DNA of 64,000 bases, taken from contig JARDVH010000130.1 of assembly GCA_030324005.1 (NCBI GenBank), positions 34,631,341 through 34,695,340 of the forward strand. Direction: 5' to 3'. The position numbers were made by a program, and so were the translations under genes. The stretch comes from Negaprion brevirostris (lineage: Eukaryota). Shown in pieces: positions 1-12,023 of this stretch. The notes under the pieces are model-generated. The model was given only the letters and a program-made list of their open reading frames with translations, was not told the DNA's origin and did not search any database. Positions within the stretch are counted from its first letter, which is position 1. Each line of letters begins with the position of its first letter.

Positions 1-29
1 AGGACTCTGTTAGTTTTCATAAGTATGCT

Positions 30-1320
30 ACCAACATCCGGCTTTACCCCTCTACCACCTCGTTTGACTTCACCACTGATTCTAAATTATCAGGTTGTTT
101 ATTCGTACTGGCCGAGCAGACATAACCTGCAGCATTGGGAAGAGTGAAGCCACTATTTTCAGCCCGTTTCAAAGTTTGTCCCTCGATACCAACGCCATTT
201 CTTTTCTTGCCAATGGTCTGAGACTAATCCGAAAACCTGCTTTCATATTTGACCTCAAGATGAGTTATCAAGACCATCCATTTCTATCTTTGTAACAGTG
301 TCCGATTTCACCCACCTCAGTTCATCTGCTGAAACCTCCATTCNNNNNNNNNNCAATTCCAATGCCCTCCTGGCTGGCCTTCCACATTTTATCCAAGGTT
401 AAGTTTTTTGTTTAGTTTCACAGGCAAGACCAGCATTTGTTGCCAATCCCTAATTCGCCTCAAGAAGGTGGTGGTGAGCTTACCTTTTTGAACTACTGCA
501 GTCCATGTGGTGTTAGTACATCCAAACAGCCTTTATTATGTCGTAGTTCGTTACGACTAAATGGCTTGCTGCACCATTTCAGAGGGCAGTTAAAAGTTGC
601 TGTGGATCTGGAGTCACTTGGAAGTCAGATGAGGTAGTCTCTCCTGAAGGATGTTGGTGAACTACATGACAATCCTGTAGTTTCACGAGCACTGTTGAGA
701 CTAGCATTTCTTCACTCCGGATATATTAACTAATTTAATTAAAATGTTCTTAATTCTCTGAAATATTTATTAGTCTAGGCTTCTGGATTTCTGGCCTAGT
801 GATATTACCAGTATGCTACTGTCTCCATGAAATGACCCAAAATTCTGATGTCTGTCTCTTAACATGCACCATGCCCAGTTTGCCAACCCCTCTGTCCTTG
901 CTGACCTCTGTTGGTTTCCAGCTCAGCAATGCTTTGATTTTAAAATTTTTCATCATTGTTTTCAAATCCCTTGATGGTTTCACCCATCCCTACCTCCATA
1001 ATCTCCTCTAGCCCTGCAACCTTCTGAGTTAGCTGTACTCACCTAATTCTGAGTTTGTAAGTTTCCCAGATTTTAACCACTCGACTATTGGAGGCAGTGC
1101 TTTAGATTACATAAGCTGTGCGCTCTGGAATTCCTTTCCTATATGTTTCTGCCTCTCTATCTTACTTTCTTCCTGAACATCTTCAAACCTGACTCCTTGA
1201 CCAAGCTCCTTCATTAGATCTAATGATTCCTTATGTGGCCAGATGTCATATTTTGTATATTGATGCTCCAGTGACGGTGTTGTGAATTATATTCTGTTAA
1301 AGGTTAAATATAAATTGTTA
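30..1320 (+). mobile_element. Decayed L2-clade LINE 3' portion, split by a SINE
   Basis: Contains the RT C-terminal/3' tail segments also seen in 33340-34940 (tttgacc..agatgag, tccaatg..ctcctggc, ttttaaaattttcatc.ttgttttcaaatccc, ctggaattcc, ttgaccaagct). Confidence 0.6.
400..828 (-). mobile_element. tRNA-derived SINE with LINE-derived 3' tail (same family as 25000-25358)
   Basis: Reverse complement of the ...gggcaattagggatgggcaataaatgctggcc tail and the cagagggcagttaa / ctggagtcac core. Confidence 0.6.
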
Positions 1321-1457
1321 AACCAAGTGATACTTTTTTGTCCCAGATTATTGTTGCTATAAACCACCCCCCCCAGAGGTTAAACTGACTGGCCTGTGGT
1401 TGCTGGATTTATCCTTGTACCGTTTGAACAGTATTGTAACGTTTGCAATTCTCCAGT

Positions 1458-4227
1458 CCGTGTTATCAAATCTTTTAAGCACAAGATCACTTTTAGCACC
1501 AAAAGCAGCACAAGATCCACTGTTTAAAAATTAAACATTATTAAAATGCCCTAAATGCACAACACTCACTTATTTGTAGTGTGACACCTGTGCTTGCGCA
1601 CTGAGTGTACTGTGACGTCTGAGTTGTAGTTTAAGATGGCCAATCTCATACAGTCCATCAGACAAAAATTTGAGCCAAGTGCAACACTTGGACTTGATGA
1701 TTTTCGTCTGGGAAAAAGCCATCATAAGACATATGTAGAATCAAAGTAGGCCCTCACCTTGAGTGCATACGATGTCAGGAAAGTGTACTTCCCTCTGTTT
1801 ACAAGTCTCCAAGAGTCTTTCTCTTGCGAACTAGCTTTCAGCTCTATATAATTTTGCATGGTGATTATTTCCATGTCAAGTCCACTGCTTTGTTCGAACA
1901 CCTACTGATATTTTGCTGTCAGTTCTCCAATGTCAACTTGAAAAAAAGGATTTGAGATAAACCTACTGATTTGTTCCACCTTGTTTAACTCCTGAAATCG
2001 TTCAACGAACTCCTTTTCCAATTTATTCAGGTGCTTAGAATTTATTTGTATGGATCCGTTTCTGTATGATCAGTTGGATTTTCTCCAGATTTGGAAAGTG
2101 CTCAGTAATTTTGTTCTTTAACTGGGAGGATCACAGGACCAGTTTCAACCATGTGATATGTCTCCATCCCTCCCCTGCAGTTCACTGTTCAGCTCATTCA
2201 ATTTTGCATTTATGTCTGTAAGATAAGCCAAGTCTAGCAACCATGCATATGTGACAGCATACTGTACACCTCTTTTTTGATTTAAGAAACGTGCCAATTT
2301 CTGGGAGCAGATCTAATTATCTCTGGAGGACTTTTCCTCAACTTAATCAATCAAATTTACATGAAGGTGTGATGCTGAGCCCAAAATAAAATTGGACATT
2401 TGAAATTAAAGAACTGGGCACTACAGTGAGCTGCAGCAAATAGCCTACAGAAAATTGGATTTGGCCAAAGTTTAAATATACAGAGCTCTGACAGGCTGCA
2501 GGGGGCATGTTTGGATCCACCCTATCGATAACTCATCAAGTGATCATCGTTCCTATTTGACATGCACTGGCCAATTGCCCGGTGTCCTGTCAACAGGTCA
2601 TCAACTAGACCACTGATGCTGAGAACCCTGTCTCTCAAAGCTCCATTGGCAGAAGGCCAAGGGCAGAAAGAAAAAGCACAAAGCCTCAGGGGGATAAGAC
2701 AGACATTCTGGACACCTTTGGAGCAAAGACTCAAGATGGGAGATGACAGGAGATGACCGAGGCTGGACCAGACCAGACCAAAGGAAGGAAGCAAAGAAGA
2801 AATGGCAAGCAAGAATCACCTTCCGAAGATGAATCAGAGGGACTCACAAACCGGATATACAGCCTACCAAGCCATCTTTATGGGTAGTATAGCCAATTCC
2901 TGGATGTTTTTTGTAAAAATAGTGGGCAATTTACTGGTTATCTTTATTTAATGAAGTTTGTTGAATTATATATCTGCACCCACACTTTGTTCTTCTCATA
3001 AAAGCACCTGAGTAAAACTTTGATTAAGAAGCTGGTTCAAGTACCTGAATTGGACAGATACAACAAAGGATTAGCTCAACATAGGTGGTATCAAATTCAT
3101 CAAGTAATGATTTGATGTTGCAGAGCTCCGGCACGAAGTGAGCTGGGAATCTTGAAACCAACTGTCTTAACATGAGAAAAGTCAATAACCTTGCTCATTA
3201 GTGCTTTTGGTGGATAACAGAGTGATAATTGACAAAGAAGGGGAATTCAAAATTATTTCTACAAAGTGTAACAAAGGCTGCACTGACTCCCAGCATTGAT
3301 GGTGCATTATCAGTTCTGATTGAAATTGGTTTCTTGATCGGAATGTTTTTCTCAGTCACATATCTTTTAAATTTGTTGCCATTCTTTGGCATCCTCACCT
3401 CTTGTCTTCTCATTGAGGAGAAAGGTCCTCCTTTGTTGCATCTTTAAATGCCATACTAACAAAAACAATCAGCTGAATATCATCAGTCATGTCTACTGAC
3501 TCAAACTGCAATGAGAAACATTTGGAACCTGGTAAGTGTTGGTGCATTTGCTGAGACACATCTCGGACAACAATTCCCCTTTCCTGGCTATTATTAAAGC
3601 ACCAAATGGTATGCAGTTGATGACTGTCATAATTTGACCTGATTTTTAAGTCTTTGAGCAAGGTAGCAGTGATAACATCATCGCCTTAATAAATTTGATG
3701 AACAGTCTCTCATGTTTTGCCAGCAGATGGCTAATGGGAAGATACCTTTTTGCTCGCCTTGCTTTTAGCCACAGGTTTTGAAAAGAGTGACTATTGAGCT
3801 TACAACATTCCCTTCAATTCCCCAACTCTCTGTCCAAATGGCAGTGCTTAAAGAAAAATTTTCCTGATATTTTGCATGCAATGTCTTATGATGCTGTTCC
3901 AAATTATCTTTTTTATTCAAAGCTACACACTGTTGACACATAAAAAATGGTCTTGCCTTTGACACTCATAAAGAGAAATTCATTTTCCTATTCCTGGCAG
4001 ATATGGTACATTTTTGCTCTCTTGAATGTCCCTGGATGCTCAATCATCATTTGGGCTTCACCCAGCTTAGTCCACGTCTTGGTGCCTACGATCAGGCAAT
4101 CAATGAGATGATTCGCTCGTCACCACAAGAAACCCGAGTCCCGCACATTTTCAGCAACAGTTTGGCAGTCAATGACAATCAGCTCATCAAAACTCCAGGA
4201 TCATGATGCACCGTTAGTAGAACACTA
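1458..4227 (-). mobile_element. Fossil hAT (Charlie/SPIN, GTF2IRD2-like) DNA transposon
   Basis: Minus-strand transposase remnants: CQQCVALNKKDNLEQHHKTLHAKY (BED-like), FSLQFESVDMTDDIQLIVFV, ISIRTDNAPSMLG, VNYHSVIHQ, AWLLDLAYLTDINAKLNELNSELQG. Degenerate CAGTGTTCT-like termini (ccgtgttatc at 1458, gtagaacacta ending 4227). The right flank ATCTAGAA fits the Charlie NTCTAGAN target. Inserted in a minus-strand CR1 (~1350-1457 and 4228-4460). Confidence 0.88.
2368..3081 (+). mobile_element. Probable solo LTR inserted into the hAT transposase
   Basis: ~710-bp non-transposase block interrupting the coding remnant. TG...CA ends with short inverted terminal match (tgctgagc / gctcaaca). Flanks aagg/tagg resemble a 4-bp TSD. 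Confidence 0.5.
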
Positions 4228-4489
4228 ATCTAGAACAACCTTCCATTTGGAATTCTAAAACTATGACCACTACCAATGCCATCTCCATTCTTTCCTCAGT
4301 ACCTTTGGATGAATCAGGTTTGATCTTGGTGACTCATCAGTTTTAAGTACAGACAGCCTTTCCAAATACCTCCCCTTAATAAATGCTTAGCCCATCCAGT
4401 ATCACTATTACTTCCTCATTTACTATGAAAAGCGGCATTTTCTTCTTGGTAAAGGCTGGTGCCGAGGACTCGCTTAATTGGGCATTTGT

Positions 4490-4850
4490 GTTCAAATCCA
4501 GACTCCACAATTTAGGAAAGATGTCAAAATCTTCAGTGTGGAGATTTACTAGACTGGTACCAAGAATGGAAAACTTCAGTTGTGCAAGAGACTAGAGAAG
4601 TTCCGGTTGCTGTTCTTGAACACAGATGTTTAAGTGGCGATTTAAAAGGGCTGTTCAAAATCATGAAGGGTGTTTATTAAGTAAATAAGGAGAAACTATG
4701 CAATGAGAGAAGAAATGGTAACCAGATGTCCCAGGTATAAGGTTATTTGGCAAATGAGGATGAAAAAGTGTTTATGAAGTTATGATCTGCAATGCACTAA
4801 TCTGAAAGGGTGTGGAAACAAATACAATAACAGTCAAAAGGAAAGGTAGC
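4490..4850 (+). mobile_element. Decayed CR1 LINE 3' fragment
   Basis: RT C-terminal motifs (ORF 4383 ends WRFTRLVPRMENFS). Confidence 0.7.
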
Positions 4851-6016
4851 ATAGACTGTTGCTGCAGAACAGCATGAAACCAACTACTGACAAAATAACT
4901 CGATCACTGCTGCTATGATCAAGTTGTGTAGGAGCACCTAATAGTAAGTAGTACAGTAGTTACAGAATCATATAGCACGGAATCAATGTGCTAGTTAGCG
5001 CCTGCTCTTTGAAAAACCTATCCAGTTAGCTCCACTGTCCTTTCTCCCCAAAACTCAGCAAACTTAACTTTTCAAATGCATGTATAATTTACTACTAAAA
5101 GTTGCTCATTAACGGTTTGTCTACAAAAACCTAGGACTTAAGCCCTGGAATTCCCTTCCCAACTCTCTCTGCCTCTTCACTTCTTTATCTTATTTTAACC
5201 CTTTGACCAAGCTTTTTCGTTGCCTGCCCTTGGACAGCATGATGTGCGACGATATTTGATAATGTCCCTGTGGAACAGCTTGGAGTATTTAACTATATTA
5301 AATGCATTATATAAATACAAGTTGCTCTCATGGAGCAATTATGTTGTTAGACTTCATCCCAGCAGGTATTGAAACTGAACTAAATGGTGAAAATTCAAGT
5401 TTATCACTGCAGGTACAGAACCTCAAAACAGCCAATCAACAGCGTCCAAAAAGACTTTATTCAGTGTTCCGACGAACCTTGACTCCTACTGACCCAGCCC
5501 TGTAAAGTTCAGGCAGTTGCCAAGTATTGATCGGATAGGATAGTTAAGGCGGCATTTGGGACATTTGCTTTGACCAGTCGTAGCATAGAATATAAGAGCA
5601 AGGAGGTAATGTTGGAATTGTACAGAACGTTGGTTAGACCACAGCTGGAGTACGGTGTGCAATTTTGGTCACCTCATTATGGAAAGGATGTGATTGCACT
5701 AGAGGGGGTACTGTGAAGGTTCACCAGGATGTTGCCTGGGATGGTACATTTGAGCGACAAGGAGAGACTGGATAGGCTTGGACTGTTTTCTTTAGAGTAA
5801 AGGCAGCTAATGGGGAGACATGATTGAGGTGCGTATGATTATGAGCAATATGGACAGGGTGAATAGGATGCAGCTATTCCTTGAGGGGTCAATCACATGG
5901 AGGCATAGTTTTAGACAAGGGACAGGAGATTCAGAGGGTGGCGAAAATCTGAAATGCACTGCCTCGAATGGTACTGGAGGCTGGAAAACTCTCAACTTTT
6001 AAAAAGTATCTGGATG

Positions 6017-7703
6017 TATTAAAACCTGGGCCAGAAACTCCAAAGTGTTTTATGAAGATATCCTACACCCTATGTTTTTACATTTGAATTTGGTATGGAT
6101 GAGCATAAGGTGTTTCACTCCAGGTGAAGTGACCCACGAGGAAGCTTTTATCAAAGTTTATTTAAGAACAGTTAAAATTTAACAAAAAGATTTAGCATAA
6201 CTTTTACCAATTACAAGAATTATACATAACAGTATAAACCTTAACAGCTAGCTATCTATGTTGTTCCAAGTCAACATCCCATCCCAGCGGTATACAACCG
6301 TCTTCAGACTTGGCACAAAAAAAAGTATTGTTACAATCCAGATGTTTTATGAAGTCAGCACAGACCTTAATTTTTGCACAGGTAAGCATAAGATGTTTCA
6401 CTCCAGGTATGATTCAAACAACCCACAAAGGAGCTTTTATCAAACAAAGTTTATTTAAGAATACAGTTAACTCATCGAAAGAAAATGAGCAATCCCTTTT
6501 ACCAATTACAAACAAGAAAAAAAATTATGATACTATACAAACCTGAACAGCTACGAAGACTGTTCCAACACAACCACCCCTACAAACATACAACCCAATT
6601 CCAGGCTTAACGCAGAAAATAAGTATGCTCACATGGTGCTGAATCTTACAGCTTTGCAACATTTGTTGTGTATCAGTCCTTTGGATAGAGTATTGAAACT
6701 CTGATTTCCATGTCTTGGAACTTGCAATATACTTCCGAGGGCAGCCAGCTAGCCATCCAGAGCTAGATTTCTAATACCAGAGATACAGAAACACACTGCT
6801 TGCAGTCTGGAATCCAACAGTTCTAAAAAAACTGAAAGTGAATCATTGGACTTCTCTGTGAAGGAACCACCTGACCTTAACCTGTCAATCAATCTTCCCT
6901 CAACAATTCAAAAGGGTCAGAAAACCTGTAAAACTTCAGTTCACTGCATTAGGCCCAATGTAAAAATAAACATTTCTGCAATCATCCTGCTACAAAAACA
7001 ATAAAAGATACTGATACAGACATAATCACAAGAGGCTAGACCTTCTTAAAAAGAATTGCAGAGAAATGCGATTAAAATACATTTCTTAAGGGCACCATAA
7101 CATCACAGTATGATCACATCATGCTGGATTTTCAGCTTTTTAACACCTTTGGATGCTGGATTAAATTCCTGAGGCTTCCCGGTCCTGGAACTTCCAAAAA
7201 GCTTCTAGAGAGGGGGAGGCAGGAACACTGCCTTCTTCCACCTGGTTCTAACAGCAACTCAGACAACAGGACTTCTCGTTCCAGAGCAGTGAAAACAAGA
7301 TGTTCTGTTTTCTCTCTCAAATCCAAACAGCATCTGAGAAAATTCAACTACAGACACAAACTCCAGAAAGAGGGGCAAAACACTGTTGCTGCTCTCCACT
7401 TCAGGCTATGACTGAGAAGCAAAACTAAAAGCTGGACTTTTCTGTGAATCATAGCCGTCCCTAGCCACATGACATAAACTGTCAAATCGAGTTCCACTCA
7501 ACAATCCCATGGGATCATTAAAAAAAAACACATGACCCTGCATTTGTCTAGATTAAAAATAAACGTGGTATCCATTATAGTGTATCAGTAACAATTAGAG
7601 AACATGGGGTACAGACAGCTGGCACTAATAAAATGCCTGCTTGAAAAAAACCTGCAGAAAAAAGTGATTAAAATACATTTCTTAAAGGCACAGGATCATC
7701 ACA
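6017..7703 (-). mobile_element. Outer solo LTR (probably Ty3/Gypsy-type)
   Basis: Ends tATTA...TCACA, TSD GATG at 6013-6016 and 7704-7707. Homologous to the inner copy and to 57654-58838. Confidence 0.82.
6329..7107 (-). mobile_element. Inner solo LTR of a related family
   Basis: Ends TGTTA...TCACA, perfect TSD GTAT at 6325-6328 and 7108-7111. Shares agcataag.tgtttcactccaggt and aaaatacatttcttaa.ggcac with the outer copy. Confidence 0.88.
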
Positions 7704-7862
7704 GATGAGCACTTGAAACATCATAACATTCAAGGATATGGGACAAGCGGTAGAAAATGGGATTAGTCTGACTTTCGTGGTAGTTATTGTTGTTGCAGAC
7801 TCAAGAGCCAAAGGGCCTTTTCCGCACTGTACAACTCAATGACTCTACAAGCTTTTTTTGAT

Positions 7863-8200
7863 GGGCGGCACGATAGCACAGTGGTTAGCACTGCTGCTTC
7901 ACTGCTCCAGGGACCCGAATTCCATTCCCGGCTTGGGTCACCATCTGTGTGGAGTTTGCACATTCTCCATGTCTGCATGGATTTTCTTTGGATGCTCCCG
8001 TTTCCTCCCACAATCCAAAAATGTGCGGATTATTGACTGGCCATGCTAAAATTGCCCCTTAGTACCCTGAGATGCGTAGATTAGACAGATTAACGGGTAA
8101 ATGTGTAGAGATACGAGGATAGGGTCTGGGTAGGATTGTAGTCGGTGCAGATTCAATGGGCAGATGGCCTCTTTCTGCACTGTAGAGGTTCTATGATTCT
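7863..8200 (+). mobile_element. HE1-type V-SINE
   Basis: tRNA-like head gggcggcacgatagcacagtggttagcactgctgc, V domain tgtgtggagtttgcacattctcc, CR1-like tail ending ttctatgattct. Confidence 0.9.
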
Positions 8201-8204
8201 GTTA

Positions 8205-9120
8205 CTTCATAGAGAGGTTTTGTGAAGACAATGCAGTTGATGCAGTGTATCTGGATTTCCAAATGGCATTTGATGAAGTATCACATCACATTTGATGAAG
8301 TGTCACGCTTGCCGGTAAAACTGAAGTCCAGGCAATAAAATGGACAGTGGCAGCATGGATACAAAGTTGGCTGAGTTACAGGATGGAAGTGATATTATAG
8401 TGGAACTCCTCAGGTGTTAGTACTGGGCCATTTCTCTGATATATATTAATGACTTAGACTTGGATGTACAGGGCACAGTGCAGAGAAGCGTGAGATGATA
8501 CATTTCAGTATGAGGAGAGGCAAAATAAAATAAAGAGTACATATCTAAGGGTCAGTGTGGGGCAGGAAGTGAGAAACCCAGAGGTCTATGTGGACAAATC
8601 ATTAAGGTGGCAGGGCAGGTTGTGAAAGTAGATTTAAAAAAGAAAGGGGATCTTGAGCTTTAGAAAATCAAGACACCAAGAGCAAATGGAAGTTATAATG
8701 AGCCTTTATAAAACACTGATTCAGCCTCAGCTGGAGTATTGCATCCAATTCTGGGCAACACACACCTGGCATGTTGTGAGAAGAAATAGAAAAGGTTTTC
8801 AAGACTGGATCCAGGAATGAAAACTTCAGTTATGAAGATAGGTTCAAGAAGCTGAGGCTGTTCTCCTTATCAAACATTTGCTGGAGGAAACTGTTCCTTC
8901 TGATGGAGAGGTCAAGAACCAAACTTAAGTTGATAGGTAAAAGAACAAAACGTGACTTGAGAACTTTTTTTTATACCATGAATGATTAGGATATGGAGGG
9001 TGCTGGAAGCATCTGAAGAGAAAACCCCTGCACAGAAAAGGGGTTAGCTAAATCACTCTTGCAGAGAACCAGCAGGTTTTCAACAGGTCACAAAGATGCC
9101 ATCTGTACTAATGTTTTGTA
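8205..9120 (+). mobile_element. Decayed CR1 LINE RT fragment
   Basis: VDAVYLDFQMAFDEV and LYKTLIQPQLEYCIQFWA motifs with many indels. Confidence 0.8.
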
Positions 9121-9204
9121 ACAGTTTATCATAACATTCTTGCTCTTGTACTCTACATGCTTCTGTTTATAAAGTCAACAATCTAGTATGCCCTTTTAAC
9201 AATC

Positions 9205-10251
9205 AAATGAAACTTGCTACAGAAAAATCAGGACTGGGAATTAAATAATCCAAGATAGTTAGAATAGAGAAAGGAAAATGGGGAGGTTGAGTAGCAGTAG
9301 TAATTAAAGATAACATTAATGCAGTAGGAGAAAAAAAATGGACACAGCTATCAGCAAGATAAACAGTGTAGCCATATGGAAAGAAGTAATGGATAATAAA
9401 GGATCAATCACAGTAACCACCGTAGTCTACCAGCCACATAATAGTAGGGAGGCGGAGAAGAAAAATGAAGACAAATTAAGGGATTGAACAAAAAACAGAA
9501 TAATCGTCATGGGGATTTTAGCCACCATAATATTGGCTGTACAGAAAAGGAAGGTAAATGAAATAAGGGAATAGAGTTCCAACAATCCATACAGAACTGC
9601 TTTCTAACCCAGTATGTAAAATGCCAATTGAGGGAGGATTCCTTATTGGATCGAGCAACGGTGAATGAATTACAGCAAATAAGAAAAATAAAAGTAGGGG
9701 AACATCAAAGCAGCAGTGACCACAACATAGTCTGTTTTCTGATGATGATAAAGAGGACAACAATCCCACAAAAACAGGTTAATACATTGGTGAAAAGTTG
9801 ATGTTATGGGGCTGAAAAAAGAACTTGGGAAGAGAACAAAAACAGAAAATGCTGTAAAATCGTAGCTGGTCTGACAGCATCTGTGGAGAGAGAACAAAGA
9901 CAACATTTCTAGTCTGGGTGACCTTTCGCCATATCACCCATATCTTCCATATGACCCTTATCTTCCTCTGTCAGAGCAACTGAAGATTCAGAAAAAGGTA
10001 CCGACTAAGTACAAAGATAACAGAGGACTGCATGATAAGAGATCAGGAGAGAAGTCAATAAAAGCAATTAGAAAGACAAAGAGAAAGTACAAAATTAAAT
10101 TTTCAAAGAACATGAAACAAAATTGTGAAATATTTTACAGACATCAATAAAAAAGGCTGGGGGCCAGTAAGGTATAGACAGCTTAATATCAAAGGTAACA
10201 ATAAAGAGATGACAGAAATACTAAATAATTATTTTGCTTGGGTATTTACAA
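9205..10251 (+). mobile_element. Decayed CR1 LINE ORF2 endonuclease/linker fragment
   Basis: VVYQP, IIVMGDF, SSDHN and EMTEILNNYFAWVFT motifs. Confidence 0.75.
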
Positions 10252-10356
10252 NNNNNNNNNNNNNNNNNNNNNNNNNNNNNNNNNNNNNNNNNNNNNNNNN
10301 NNNNNNNNNNNNNNNNNNNNNNNNNNNNNNNNNNNNNNNNNNNNNNNNNNNNNNNN

Positions 10357-11836
10357 AGAAACCACAGGTAAACTGTCATAGGACTGCCAATTAGATTTTA
10401 ACAGCAAAAGGAATTTATTAAACATGAAAAGTTTGACTACGATACAATACTCAGTCACTCACTCCCATTTCACAAAACAGATTTTAAGGATAATGGGCTA
10501 CAAAATATAGCTGAAGCTGGAATGCTTTCAGTAAATACACGGCCCCGTTAAACAAAACAGGCCAACTAGGGTCAGACACACCCTCCTCTGAAAGCAAGTG
10601 GCAGATGCCATCCAATCAAATTTGTGGATTTCTTCTCCGATCCCCCCAGATGATTATCATACAAGTGTTTCCAAACTTCACTCTCAAAAAGACATGCCTT
10701 AGAGTCTTCTACTAAATGCCTTCTCTTAGCTGTTTTCAGAAAGGATCCACTGCCAGGATTCCCAACTCTCCTTTAGATATTCCTCTGTCTCAAATTGCCA
10801 CAGACATTCAAGCTTCGCACAATCTCTTAGGTATCTCGCCACCAATAGTGGCTGTACTTAAGGTCACCAACCTTAGGACTGCTTCAAATATCTGGCTTCT
10901 CTCTAGCCAATTTCATCAGATCTGCAATTTTCAGTTCTGTCTTTAACTTCAATGAACAGTACCTTGTTTAAATTCCAGTTCCTTTTTTCATTTGATTTCA
11001 ATCTTCCTGGAGCTTCTCTTTTCATTCTCTGGTCTCTAGAACCAACTGTGCTTTCATTTCTTGGACTTTTTTTTTGCCCATTATTCCATGGTTCTGCTTC
11101 TGGCTGGAGAGGTTTCCTCTCTAGTTATTAAGTTTCAACTGCCTTGGGTCCAGTTAAAACTAAACTCAAAAATCCTTCCACCTCATTGTTCTCCAGAGCA
11201 GTGTACTTGGTGGCTGTGGCGAGTACCTGATGTTTATTGGAGTCGCGTTCTGACTGCACTTCCTGTTTGCAGGGTTTTGAGTGTGTAGTTTACTTTCGTA
11301 CCGGAAGTTAGGCGAGGGGATAGTTGGGACTGGGGAGCGGGGGGTATAAAAAAAGGAGGTAGCGGCATACAGCGGGCAGCGTCGGGAGCAGGCAGCGGAG
11401 TGAGTGGGAGCTGAGTGAGAAGGGCTTTGGCTCGCTGGGCTTANNNNNNNNNNNNNNNNNNNNNNNNNNNNNNNNNNNNNNNNNNNNNNNNNNNNNNNNN
11501 NNNNNNNNNNNNNNNNNNNNNNNNNNNNNNNNNNNNNNNNNNNCAATATTCTCCCCTGAATCTGGCTAAGTTAAGGGTTCCACTTGCATACATGCAGGGC
11601 AGGGTAGGTGTAGGAGGATGCGGCGGCGCGGGCTCGTTGGGCCGAAAGGCCTGTTTCCTGTGCTGGGTTGTTCTTTGTTCTTTGTTCCTGAGTCAAAAAT
11701 GTCTCCTGGCTGCTAAACAAGTCTATTCTTTTTTATGACTTGTTTGCTTTTCACATCGCAAACTTTATAAGCACAATAGAGACACAGTTTAAAAGGAAAC
11801 CAAAACCCCCATACATGTAAACGTCTTTGTTTCACA
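10357..11836 (-). mobile_element. Probable solo LTR (left end in gap), interrupted by a young LINE
   Basis: Right end ...tttcaca (TGTGAAA on minus), minus-strand AATAAA near 10420, and LTR-like composition similar to the 6017-7703 elements. Confidence 0.45.
11200..11686 (+). mobile_element. 5' UTR and 3' tail of a probably young full-length CR1 LINE whose body is collapsed in a gap
   Basis: GC/CpG-rich leader before the gap. After it, the typical tail gggccgaaaggcctgtttcctgtgct followed by gttcttt repeats. Confidence 0.55.
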
Positions 11837-12023
11837 CAAATCTACAGTTTACCCTTTTTTACACAGAAACACTAAATTGAATCAATACCTTATATCTAGT
11901 ATTCCACAATACAAACACAGATTACTTAAAACCGCCTCTGCTTCCTGACACTTGACATTAAAGGGTGAGATGAATGGGATAAGTGCACTTAAAGAAAAAG
12001 AATGTATTAAATAATTAAATAAA

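Larger units (their letters stand above)
5510..7850 (+). mobile_element. CR1 LINE 3' fragment interrupted by nested solo LTRs
   Basis: LYRTLVRPQLEYGVQFWSPHYGKDVIALE motif at ~5620-5705. The tail aagtatctggatg resumes as gatgagcacttgaa at 7704. Confidence 0.88.

Noticed and set aside
7863-7940. tRNA-like A/B boxes here and in other SINE heads
   Set aside because: These are SINE heads joined to V-domain bodies, with no complete cloverleaf, so they are not tRNA genes.
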